From NCBI RefSeq assembly GCF_018350175.1, contig NC_058368.1, forward strand, positions 181,352,001 through 181,416,000: a stretch of 64,000 bases of DNA. Direction: 5' to 3'. Made by a program: the position numbers and the translations under genes. Under the pieces are notes generated by a model. The model made no database searches, was not told the DNA's origin, and worked only from the letters and a program-made list of their open reading frames with translations. How positions within the stretch are numbered: position 1 is the stretch's first letter; the number at the start of each line of letters is the position of its first letter. The stretch is from Felis catus. Its lineage: Eukaryota. This document shows, in pieces, positions 1 through 11,743 of the stretch.

Positions 1-769
1 GGAAACTAAAGCAAACCCATCATTAAACATCCTGGATGAGAACTGACAAGGTGAATTGCTATACACTCTAAGCAAACTTTACAAGTAAGTTTAATTAAAC
101 AAAAGTCTATTCGTTTTCTGCAACCTCATTTAGAAGCATTTATTTAGGCGCAGCATTTCTACTTAGAGACTTGGCAAGCCACTATCTTTGACTCAATTAC
201 TAAAGAAACTCTAGGCACACTCCCAGACTTCTTTAAAGGGTCCCATTTGTATCCTGTGTATTCTTCTCTGGCTGAAATTAAAATGAGAGTTTTAACAGCA
301 CATGACAACCAACACTTTAGGTCTAAAGATGTAAAAAGGCTTAGTTCTTGGTTATCTGAAATCCTGGATTACCTAGCAAATCAATTACTTTATCTTTGCC
401 TCAACAGATAATGTTATGAAATGGGAAGACCCAAGCCAGTTTCTCTTTTGGGCTGGTTGCTGGCATCGATCTGGTTTTTGTGAATTGCACTCCATCTAAG
501 GCCAAGGTTTGTGAGGTTTACTTCCTGGAATTACAGGGTGAGGCTGAGTTAGGAAAAGAGAAGCAGAAAACAATTCTCGTGGAGCTTTGCTGAGTCCTTT
601 GCAGAGCACACTGTCAATAACAGATGTCTGTGAAGCCTTCACTTGCTTGATTTTAAATAGAGTGTAATAGCCTGGTATTACTCAGATTACTTTTATAAAA
701 AACATACAAGAGCTCCATGGGAAGGCTCATGTTGTGTGACTACCGATTCAAGAAACGGAAAGCTGCTCA

Positions 770-960
770 ATGGTTATATCATTTAATCCTCACATGAAGC
801 CAAGGGGGGCAGGGTGAGTGGCGTGTGGCAAAGAATGTCTATTTGTAGAAACTGAGGAAGAGAAGGATCACATAGGCAATACAACTTGACCAGGAACCCA
901 GAGCTAGTCAGCAGCAGAATGGGGGTTTGAGCCCAGGGGTAGGTAACCCAGTGTGCTCTT
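770..960 (-). mobile_element. MIR SINE, degenerate
   Basis: atttaatcctcac...gaaactgagg...ccagagctagtcagcagcagaatgggggtttgagcccag is the reverse complement of the MIR core. Confidence 0.6.
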
Positions 961-1004
961 GACACTGTATCATTTAGAGATCACGCATGAAGCCAAGGGT
1001 CAAA

Positions 1005-1449
1005 AATCACAGGAGCAGTCAGACTGGAAACAACTCAAATGTTGGGCAACTGGCAAATGGATAAATAATAGTACTTGTCAATAATAAGGAATGAAACACT
1101 GATATATTCTGTAACATGCATAAACTTTGAAAATATTATACTAAGTGAAGGAAGCTAGTCACAAGCACTGCAGATTGCACAATTCCATTCATATGCAATG
1201 TCCAGACTAGGCCAATCCATATAGACAAAGTAGGTTGCAAATGGCTTGGGGTTCTGGCGGTGGGGTGGGGAGGTTGTGGAAGCCACTGTTAATGGTACTG
1301 GGTTTCTTTTGGGGACGTGATAAAAGGGTTCTAAAATTGTGCTGTTGCACAACTCTGTATATCCTAGAAGCCACTGAATGACATACTTTAAATGAGTAAA
1401 TTGTATGCTATGTGAATTATATTTCCATAATGCTGTTACAAAAAAAAAA
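1005..1449 (+). mobile_element. Ancient LINE-1 3' end (L1MB-like)
   Basis: ggaaacaactcaaatg...aaggaatgaa...ctaagtgaaggaagctagtcacaa...gttctaaaattg...gttgcacaactctgt...gtgaattatatttccataatgctgtt, then an A tail. Confidence 0.85.
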
Positions 1450-3033
1450 GTTAGAGGAGCAGCATAAGAAGTATGAGCAATTGTTAAAGGGCACCAAGAA
1501 GTGAAAAGATAATACCCCACACCCATACACAGGATCACCATACATTTCACCAATCAGCAATAATGAGTTTCCCTTCACTGGAGGATGTGGTGAAAAATAC
1601 ACGCAAGTTTCACGCAAAAGCAATTGTGACAAACTTGGGAGGGAGTCGCTGAGGACTTGCTGACCAAAGTGGTTAAAAGGACTTCCTTCAAAGGTTTCTC
1701 TCTCTTGAAGGGGCTACACCAGAACATTACCATTTTCACTAGCTTGAACTCACCCCGCTTGAGGCGCAAGTGATAGTCAATCATAATATTTGCCTGCAGG
1801 AATCCTGCATTCACTGTAATGATAGGATCTTCTGATCTTACCCTATGCTGATGGATAGTCAGTCATTTTTCATAACCCCAAATCACCATCATTAGTTCTT
1901 TCTCAGGGAAATGCACCAGGAAATTCTCCAATTTCAGAGGCCTTTCATCTCCTCTCATGGCTCTCAAACACTACAGTGCCTCTCTCTACTACTCCTCTCT
2001 TCTACCCATCTTCAAGTTTAATGACTTTCTCTTGGCCTAGAGACAAGAGGAAAGGCACAGATGGTACATTTTGAGAGTTAAATTGGTTTCAAATTTAGGT
2101 GTCATTTTCTTCATGAAAGGTAAGTAAAGGATGGAAATAATTTACAATGCTCTATGAAACCATTATTTTTAAATAGAAGGAAACGGCTGGTGAGGGCATC
2201 GTGTTTCACATGTTTTAAAACATGCAGCTGTTCTCATGAATTTTGCTTAGAATTGAAAAGGAAATTTTTTTATAAGAAAACGATTTTTTTTTGTTTTGTT
2301 TTAAACAGTAGGAGTATTCTCTGGTAAACAGATTCAGCCAAGGAGAGAAGGAGGTTAGCATTATGTCTATACTAATTTCAAAGTCACCACCAACTTTCTG
2401 TGCTATTCCCTAGTGCAAGTTTGTACATCTTTATAATGCCTTCAGAATAATTTATCACATAGTAAAGATTTTAAAAAATCATTATCCTTTTGATATAAAA
2501 ATCCTTATACTTCAACTTTAATATGTTCTTTTTGAAGAAGTTGCCACGTATATTTTACTCCTCAGAGAAATCAACAGCAGAGCACAAAGCAAGGTTTTTA
2601 AGATCTTCCAATCCCATTTAAAAGAAATTATCAAAGTTTTTTGTTGTGTCTATTTAACATGACACATACTTTTGGGTACAAAATATGAAGCCCTGTGCCA
2701 CCCTAAGACAAAACCAAAGTTGGTGGAATCATTAGAAGGAATGTCCAAATGCTTCAGCTAATGGTTTAAAGTTAGCTTAATATTTAGACGTAGTTCTTGC
2801 CCATGGCAAATATATTAACAGAACATGAGTAAGCTATGAACAACACTGATTTATGTTTCTGTCGTTAGGGTACTTCAGACTGTCCTTTACTCCCCAAAAT
2901 CAAAGGTGGCCAACACTGAAGCTTGGTTTGATCTTTGTAAAAGCAGTTACAAAATGGCCAGATGTCAGAGTATTATTCTCTCAATCTCAAGGATGTATTC
3001 TAAGACAATTTTATTAACCAAAGGTAAAAACCA

Positions 3034-3034
<1 letters not shown>

Positions 3035-3080
<46 letters not shown>

Positions 3081-3102
3081 CACGTGCACATACATACACA
3101 CA
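3035..3102. repeat. (CA)n microsatellite with alternating purine-pyrimidine extension
   Basis: About 22 CA units, then tgcacgtgcacatacatacacaca. Confidence 0.97.
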
Positions 3103-3969
3103 ATGTCTAAGCTGGGAAATCTTTGAAGGAAGGAACTCGAACCACAACCAAATCCATTCTCCCTTGTTCCTTGTAAAAGGTTTACCTCAAATCCACCAAA
3201 AGCTGTGCAATTTGGAACTTTCAGGCCTTCCTTTGTATTAACTTTAAGGAAATGTTCCTTTTATGAGGCTCTCAGAAAACTTCAGAGAGAGATCAAAATT
3301 CAGTCAAATGATCACTTTGCAGCCCAATCACACTGAACAACTGCATTGTCTGAGCATGTCACCCAAGGGTGGATTAAGCAACAAGGCTGCTGGTCTCAGA
3401 GTTCTGATACTTCTGGCTCTGAAAGAGGCTCTTTAGACCCTTTGTAAGCTACAGAGTAGTGTTTGTTTGAAAATCTTTTATGCTAGGAGAACCAAAAGGC
3501 ATTAAAAATAGTAATGGCTATTTGTTGAGTATTTTGCATGTGCTGGGAATGATAGTATGCCTTTGGCTCATAGTAGTATCCCACCATGTGCACTGGAGAA
3601 CTCCCTTTTGGTGGAGAATGGAGAAAGAGAAAGAGCACATCTATGGTTCAGAGAGAGTGTGGGGTGGGGAATATGAATCTGCTCATATGTTAGATATGGA
3701 GTTTCTTCCTAATGCTCCTCATATGTGTGTATCCATGTAGTAAATATATCCATGCTTGATATATGTTTACATTATTATGTTGTGTATTATTGTAAGCATT
3801 TAACTATTATACATACTTCTCACTATATAGGGTTGCACATACCTATGCACTGTGTACTTTAAATCCAGTTGAAGGAGTTTTTCAAGGCTGACTGTTTCTA
3901 TATATGATTATAATGTTACCTCTTGCTTGAGTATAGGACTCAGGAAGTATAATAGATACATTAGCTTAT

Positions 3970-4140
3970 ATAATCTCCACAATTGTAGAATAGCTATTTA
4001 TATTCTTTAGTGTTATTTTACCAATGGCAAAAGAGAATCTCAGAAAACTTAAGAAATTGGCTGACTACCCAGCTTTAAAAGGGAAGAGGTGGGATTTCAA
4101 ATCCAAGTCTGTTAGAATCTAAAACCTGAGCTTAACTACT
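3970..4140 (-). mobile_element. MIR SINE
   Basis: attttaccaatggcaaaagagaatctcagaaaacttaagaaattggc...gggatttcaaatccaagtctgttagaatctaaaacctgagcttaactac. Confidence 0.6.
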
Positions 4141-4146
4141 TATCTC

Positions 4147-4208
4147 TTTTTTTAATGTTTATTTATTTTTGAGAGAGAGAGAGTGAGAGAATGAGAGAGT
4201 GAGAGAGA

Positions 4209-4261
<53 letters not shown>

Positions 4262-4436
4262 TGAGAATGAACAAGCAGATATGGGCAGAAAGAGAGGGAG
4301 ACCCAGAATCTGAAGCAGGCTCCAGGCTCTGAGCAGTTAGTGCAGAGTCTGATTCAAGGCTTGAACCCATGAACTGCGAGATCATGACCTGAGTCAAAGT
4401 TGGATGCTTAATCAACTGAGCCAACTAGATGCTCCC
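4147..4436 (-). mobile_element. Feline CAN-SINE (SINEC_Fc-like) with expanded (CT)n tract
   Basis: tRNA-derived head, a long (GA)n at 4171-4256 and an AT tail. Near-perfect TSD taactactt(a)tctctt at 4133 and 4437. Confidence 0.95.
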
Positions 4437-4715
4437 TAACTACTTCTCTTATTTTAAAGAGTGGTAGTGCCAATCTTGTCTTATTTTAGGAGGATTACTA
4501 AAAAGCTGTAAAAACTGAGGACATGTTCTATTAAAAAAAAAGGAGGGCAGGGCCATTAACTATGTATTTGTTGGAGTGGAAAGAACATACTCTCTAGAGA
4601 GTTAATTGATATCCACCTTAGTTTCTCTTCTACCACTAGGGAAATGACAAAGATAATCTCCAGTAGAACTGAAAAAAGTCAGAACCACCTACAACAAAAC
4701 TAATGTGTTAGCGAG

Positions 4716-4922
4716 TTTTTTTTTAAGCGTTTTAATTTTTATTTTTGAGAGAGAGAGTATGAGCAAGGAAGGGACAGAGGGAGAGGGAGGAACAGAGTCT
4801 GAGGCAGGCTCCAGGCTCTGAGCTGCCAGCAGAGCCCAATGTAGGGATGGAACTCATGAACTGTGAGATTATTACCTGAGCCAAACTGGGACTCTAAACC
4901 AACTGAGCTACCCAGATACCCC
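4716..4922 (-). mobile_element. Feline CAN-SINE
   Basis: gcaggctccaggctctgagctgccagc...aactgagctacccagatacccc. Degenerate TSD tgttagcgagttttt / tgttaacaagttttt. Confidence 0.93.
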
Positions 4923-4933
4923 TTGTTAACAAG

Positions 4934-5374
4934 TTTTTTATCTATCTATCTATCTATCTATCTATGTTTGTTTTTATTTAAATTCCAGTTAGCTAACAAA
5001 CAGTGCAGTGTTAGTATCAGATGTACAATACAGTGATTCACCACGCCTATACAACAGCTGGTGCTTATCACAAGTGCAATCCTTAATCCCCATCACCTAT
5101 TTCACCCATCCCTCCGCCAACGTCCTCCTTTCTGGTAACCATCAGCTTATTCTCCATAGTTAAGAGCCTGTTTCTTGGTTTGTCTCTCTTTTTTTCTCCC
5201 TTTACTCATTTGTTTTGTTTCTGGAAATCCACATATGAGTGAAATCATATGGTATTTCTCATTCTCTGACTGACTTATTTCACTTAGGATGATATTCTCT
5301 ATCTCCATCCAGATCACTGCAAATGGCAAGAGTCCCTTCTTTTTTATGGGTGAGTAATATTCCTATATATATAT

Positions 5375-5426
<52 letters not shown>

Positions 5427-5746
5427 CCACTTCTTGATCCACTCATCAGTCAAAGGATACTTTTGCTCTTTCCATAATTTGGCTACTATAGATAATGTTG
5501 CCATAAACATCAGGATGCCTGTATCCCTTTGGATTAATTTTGTTTGTTTATTTTGGGGGTAAATGCCTAGTGTGCTATTGTACTACTGGGTCATAGGGTA
5601 GTTCTATTTTTAACTTTTTGAGGAAAGTCCATACTGTCTCCCAGACTAGCTGCACCAGTTTGCATCCCCACCAACAGTACAAGAAGGTTTCCCTTTCTCT
5701 GCATTCTTGCCAACATCTGTTGTTTCTTGTGTTGTTGATTTTAGCC
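4934..5746 (-). mobile_element. 5'-truncated carnivore LINE-1 3' end (L1_Carn-like)
   Basis: ORF2 C-terminal peptides on the minus strand (MFMATLSIVAKLWKEQKYPLTDEWIKK; MPFAVIWMEIENIILSEISQSENEKYHMISLICG) followed by a carnivore-type 3' UTR. The tail has decayed to (TATC)n. Internal (CA)n at 5378-5425. Confidence 0.93.
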
Positions 5747-6379
5747 TGAGTTTTATGCCATTTCTCAAATTTTGGAATGCCAGTGCTCTGATAGGAAAAT
5801 TCACAACCACACCTTAACTTGGAAAGCCAGGATCTTCTTAGAAAAACATTAATAATTTAGTTCTAAATGGATCATTGAAGCCTATTATCCAAAATCTGGT
5901 GCAATTTCTGAATGACTACATAACTACATTAATTGAGGGCAGGGCTTTGATTAGAATTCACTTTTGAAGCTTGCAGAGGAGTTACATTTTTAAGTTAAGC
6001 ACTTTAGCTTTTTATTGACAATACTTTACACTATCTCCTTTTTAAAAAAATAAAAACTTCTTGTTTTACAATAATGCCCTAAATGCTATAAAATGAGACT
6101 CTCGCTTACTGTCCATGATTCTCAGTAAACATAAATCCTAGAGTCCTGATTTGAGTAATTCCAAGAATCAGTCCCTCTCCCTACATTTCCTTGCTCTAGA
6201 TCAAGTTTCTCTTGGACAGAATATGATGAAATTGTCATTTCTTATCACTCTCTTTAAGCTGAAAACTCCAAGATACTCATAGTAAGAGACCTGTTTAGAT
6301 CATTTACCTGTATATGAGACATTAGCACATGAAATGCTAGGACTTTACATGTGTACAGGATATAATTCTTGATCTCTGC

Positions 6380-7892
6380 TTTCATTTTCTTTGCACTCTT
6401 CTCTCCCTTAGCCATTCTAATCAAGCACCTGCAACTGCCTCACTCCAGAATGCTCCATCACGTTATCAATGTCAAATCCAAAGACCTCTATTCATTCTTC
6501 ATTGTAATTAAACACTTTGTAGCTTATGATATAGTTGACCTTGCTCTTCCTGATATCCTCCCAGGAAGAGAACAGATTCACCCTTCTTTTTTTCTGAGCA
6601 CCTTTTCTTCATCAATTCCTCAGACTGTCCCCTAAAAGGCAGCATTTCTAATATCCTGTCCTTGGCCCTAGTCACTCTGAACCCCCTGTCCCAGACATCT
6701 TACCCCCGACACAGACCCACTTATAGCTGATAATTGAGATAGGGTGATAGTTTCCTTATCTCTGTTCCCAGGTTCACACTCTGCCTCATTTTCATTAGAA
6801 CACTTCCAAGTGCCTATTTCATATCCTCATACAGAAATCCAAGAAAATCTATACTCAATATTTTCCAAAACTGAACTTATCTCCCTGACAGATGTTCTCC
6901 TTTTCCTGCCTCTGGGTCATTTATTGACTTTCTCCTAACCTACTTATCCTAGTTGTTGTCCTTAGAATAACCCGTGAATCAGCCCACTTCTTATGAACCC
7001 ATCTCTGCCCACTCTAATCAGTTGTTAGCCATTGTCAAGGCCTGGAAACTCTGCCTTCACTTCCTTCTCATCATTCTCACTGCCCTAGATGGGACCATTA
7101 TTGACTCAGACTTCTCATTCCTCTTTCTGGCCCAAGCCTTCCTTCTCCCAATACAGATTTTACATTTAGAGAGATTTTTTTTTGGAAAAAGAAAATCTAA
7201 CCAAGTCACTCCTTTGTTAATAAACTCCACTGGACTCTACTTGCTTATAATGGTGAAGTCAAAATGCTTTGCCATGCAATTCTGTTTTCCAAAAGCTGGC
7301 CCATGGTGCACTATTCTCTTCTCTATTATGAAGCTGGTCTTCATTCCCTAACCATATAAGTATATTCACAGCTCTGAATCTATAGTTCTATTGTATCCTC
7401 AAATCAAGATGTCACCCATTCTCTTTCCTGACTGGAACAATCTCCCGCTAGCTTCAAAGCCCAGCCCCAATATTAACTACTCTGTAAAATCTTTACTCAT
7501 GGAAAAATATGTATTATTGCCTATAATAATGTTATTGCTCATATTAGATAGTAAGCATTGCATTAAGACCATTCAATCTTTCACTCATTTGCTTTTCACA
7601 ACAAATCCATGGGTAGATACTTCCATTTTACCAATAAAGAAACTCAGGCTCAGAGAGACAAAGCAATTTTCCATGTCCCAAAGGCAAGGAAGTGGCAGAA
7701 CTGAGCTTTAAACCAGACAGTCTCATTTCAGAGAATTGTGCTTAATTACTGTGCTATTCTACCTCCTATCACCATTTAGGTCTTTGTCTTCCTGCTAGGA
7801 TGTGAGTTACTTGGGGGCAGGGATTATGTGAAATTTATCTTTGTATTTCCAGTTCCAGCATGCAGTAGATATTCAATAAATGTTTGATGACT
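6380..7892 (+). mobile_element. L2 LINE relic, interrupted by a MIR
   Basis: aatgtcaaatccaaagacctc...ttccaaaactgaactt...aaatctaaccaagtcactcctttgttaataaactcc...gcagtagatattcaataaatgtttgatga (L2 3' end). Confidence 0.75.
7525..7760 (-). mobile_element. MIR SINE nested in L2
   Basis: ccattttaccaataaagaaactcaggctcagagagacaaagcaattttccatgtcccaaaggcaaggaagtggcagaactgagctttaaaccagacagtct. Confidence 0.8.
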
Positions 7893-8479
7893 TGTATTCA
7901 GGATGAGTGGTGCTGCCGTGTTCTCCGGTAGTTAAAGGTGCTAAGCACTGCAGACTCTGATTGGGTGTCTTGCATGGTTTGATCTCATCCCACATCTTGC
8001 TCTGCCCCTCATTCTGCTCTTTCTGGCTTATAATTGGCTTTGATCCCTTTCACAGCTCCTTTTATCACAAATTCTGTGAGTCTGGGATGGTTGCATCTCC
8101 ATATTTACTGGATTAGACTTCTTAATTAACATTTAACTCCCTTTCCTTGAAGAACAAAATGAAAGCACGAATGAAATCACCTTTTCAAATCCCTTTTTGA
8201 TATATAAGGCAGACCTCCCACTTGTGACAAGTTCCCAGAAAAGGAGGATGACCACTCTAAATGAAAATGATCTAATCCCCATCACTTTTACAGCAGGATC
8301 AATGTAAGAACAGGGATTTAAATTTCTGTCCAAAGACCTGATAGCCAAGGGTCATGAAGGAGACATCAGAAATTATGTTGAATCACTTGCATGTGATAAA
8401 TCTATAAATTTTAAAAGCAGCCTAAATTGATTAAATATGGCAACAAGGAGAACTGTTTTAAAAAACACTAATACAAGAA

Positions 8480-8725
8480 TGATCAGTACTATGCATGGAG
8501 TGTATATCATGTGCCAGGCACTTTGCTAACCATTTCACATACTTCACCTCATTTAATAATTATAAGAATAAGGGCAAGGTACACTATCATCCCCATTTTA
8601 GCAAAAAAGCAGCAAGTGTTTCAAGAGCTTAGTGGTAACATGGCAAGGGCAGATAAAAAGAGAGGTAGGTCTCAAACCCTTGTCTTTCTGACTCCAAGAA
8701 CCCTTTACTTAATAGTCATGCTACC
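8480..8725 (-). mobile_element. MIR SINE
   Basis: atgtgccaggcactttgcta...cctcatttaat...tatcatccccattttagc...ctcaaacccttgtctttctgactccaagaacc. Confidence 0.8.
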
Positions 8726-9835
8726 CTGCCCTCAATGTGTCCAAATCACAAATATGGTATTGACATCTAGTGAGATATGGTCTGTTGGTCACTGACGTAA
8801 AGCTGGTTAGTGACAGAGCAAGGACAAGAACCTAGGTCTCCAGACTTTTTCTTCTAAAGCCTCAAGCCTATTATTATTAACCAATATTAATATATAACAT
8901 GAAATGCATATGTTTTTTGTATTATCTTCATAAAACTTTTTTTTTACAGGAATAAACTCAAAGTTGAAAAAGGTCATGATCATGGATACAGGCACAGTTT
9001 GTTTAGGGGAGACAGTGATAGAAATATTTCATATTTTTAAAGCATTAAGCCCACTTAATTGAACCTGGAGAACCTGCTTTTTTGATACATATTTCAGAAA
9101 ATCCAACAAGGCATATAAGAACAGGTTGTCATTACTGTGTCTTCAAAGTGCAGACATCCCTCTTAACTACTATTTCAGCAGAACATTACTGTGCAATGTA
9201 TTATACGCTATATATATATTTCCTTAGAAGGTATGAAATGATCTTCCTGTTATTCACTGTATGCCTAGCTCATTGGTTCATTCACGCACCAGATTATTGC
9301 CTAGTCAGAATGAGAAGGGTTGGTTTTATATCAGGCCATGGACACACATAGACTCAAAACATTTGATTCTTAATCAATAAAACCTATCTTTCATAGGTTC
9401 CATATGTTGCTTTATAAAGTGTATTGCAATGACCTATAAGCCACTATTATTATTTTTTATTAATTTGATGCTTAAGATATGTTTTGCCATTTTTGAAACA
9501 AACTTTATTAAATCAAATATACAAGGACTCAGGTCTCCTAGCAAGTATAGTTTTATCAGGTGACTTCCCTAATCCGTTATCCTAATCTGTTGCCTTTCTA
9601 TTTTCCTTTCTCCTCCCTTTCTTCATTTTCTTGACTTCTCTTTTATCCTCCCTACCTCCCTTCTATAGTTTTATGACTCAATCAGACAAGCAATATTCTA
9701 TATAATGTAGAAATATACACAAATAAGATGCAATCCCTATCATCAAGATTTCCTACAGTTTATTATAAAATGGTTCTCCCTTCCCCATACAGGAAATATT
9801 GTACATGGTCTCTACTTTCCAAGAACAATTATTTC

Positions 9836-10013
9836 TATTTTTTTAAGTTTATTTATTGAGAGAGATGGGGGGGAGGGGCAGAGAAGATGGAGAGAGAGAA
9901 TCCCAAGCAGGCTCTGCACTGTCAGCAGGGGCTCAATCCCACAAACTGTGAGAATGTGACCCGAGCCCAAATCAAGAATTGATGCTTAATTAACTAAGCC
10001 TCCCAGGCATTCC
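9836..10013 (-). mobile_element. Feline CAN-SINE (SINEC_Fc2-like)
   Basis: gaatcccaagcaggctctgcactgtcagc...aaatcaagaattgatgcttaattaactaagcctcccaggc. Degenerate TSD ccaagaacaattatttct / ccaagaaccgtttct. Confidence 0.92.
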
Positions 10014-10249
10014 CCAAGAACCGTTTCTTTTTAATAAGGGGTGAATCATGCCTTCTCCAGAACCACAAGTTGACTAGTATTTTAAATGAGAGAAATAGAT
10101 TGAGAACATTTCTTTAGGATCAACAGTAAACTACACACTGGGATTAAACCATACCTCTCTTGGTCTTTATAATCCTATCATCAAGGATTGAGAAGTTCAA
10201 GAGATCTACCTCTCCTTACCTCTTAACATCCAAACTCCTGTCCTCACTA

Positions 10250-11108
10250 TTCATAACCTTAAATCCTTTTTATGTACTTTATCACTGAAAAAAATCTCAA
10301 CCACTTCCCCAAATTTTTCTTTTACATCCTTGCTCCAATAGAAATCTACTCTCCCTAAGGACACTGTTCCCCCTGGAGTGTGCTCAACTGGTGTGGTTCT
10401 TCCTTGTTGTGCCCTCATACCACCAGGACTGCAGATGTGAAAAAGGGATTTGTTCCTTGCCACTAGTAGAACATGCTCCCTCAATGTTCTGCAAATATCC
10501 TCAACTTGAGACTCTTGCCATCTGATTAGAACACACATTATCCCTCATTCACTGATACCATATCTCAGCCCTGCCATCATTCCTCCTCTTTCTGGATATA
10601 TTCAACTCTTGGCACTCCTTAACATTTCAGTGGCTACTTCAGCACACACATAGGTGATCTTCTAGTACCTTCATGTTCATTTCTTTGAACTGCTTTTGCC
10701 TGTTCTTATCTTCCATCCAGATTCAACTACTCATGCTCATGGTCTTACTTTTTCATTGTTGGTATCTACAACCCCTCTTCAATCTCAATGTCATGCGATT
10801 TACTCTGTAATCACCACTGCCTATCTTCCTAGCTCAGGGGTATGAGAGACATGCCCTAACCCCATTAGTCTTTTGAGGCCAACGGGCACCTTCAATCAAT
10901 TTATTTTATGACCTACTTATTCTATCATTTTTCCTCTAATCTTTAGCTTAACTTTCATGGTGAATTGTAATCATTCTAATTACTCCTTTTACTCACTTCC
11001 CCTCTATTGCTTTATGATATTTGGTATTGGCTTGGTAAAAACTACAGCCTTAGTCAAATCATACTCTACCTACTTTGTGTCTGCACTTAATAAAGTGTTG
11101 AACAAAAT

Positions 11109-11158
<50 letters not shown>

Positions 11159-11743
11159 ACACTGACCATGAAGAGTAGTGAAGAATAGTATCCTCACTCT
11201 GTTAGTAACTTCTTCACACTTCTCTCTTTAACACCTCCCCCTCTATCCTCTTTCTCAGCTGATGACCATCACTGAAAAGACAGAAGCAACTACTGGAGAA
11301 ATTCCACAGAATCCATCATGTATATACCCATCTACCATAATCTGCCCTCTCCCTTTACAACAGATGAACTTCCCATGCTCTTGCATTTATGAAAAAAAGA
11401 TCTTATCCTTTCATCTTTTAAGAACAGATCTTTCATTCTTTAGTGGATCATTCTCACCACCACACCAATATATAGTTATCTCTTACTTAAGAAAAAATAA
11501 ACAAAAGAACTCTTCTGACTCCTTCCAGCAGTTGCAGCAAAACATACGGAAATTGTTGTCTTTATTTGTATCTTTAGTTCTTGTCATCCTGTTCTCTATT
11601 AATGCCACCACATTCAGTCTTTCACCACTTTCCACTGCAAAATTTGTTTCACGTCAGTTTCAGTTAATAGAACTTACCATTTCAGTTGGCAGAAAATCCA
11701 TACCTCCAGTTGCTCAGGCCAAAGCCTTAGGCATCATCTTCTA
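10250..11743 (+). mobile_element. Long L2 LINE, 5' part (ORF2-derived region)
   Basis: L2-like tcaactactcatgctcatggtcttac...caacccctcttcaatctcaatg...tcaccactgcctatcttcctagctc; ends ccagttgctcaggccaaagccttagg, where an L1 interrupts it. Confidence 0.72.
11110..11155. repeat. (CA)n microsatellite
   Basis: About 23 CA units. Confidence 0.97.

Noticed and set aside
2906..3241. His-Thr-repeat ORFs (also 5323, 10957) and poly-Leu/Val ORFs (62746, 62972)
   Set aside because: Produced by (CA)n and (CAA)n microsatellites.
4152..4424. Recurring ORFs ending ...SLSLSKINKH (also 13523, 43276, 47915, 51182, 56625, 60928, 61698)
   Set aside because: These are translations of CAN-SINE copies, not a protein family.
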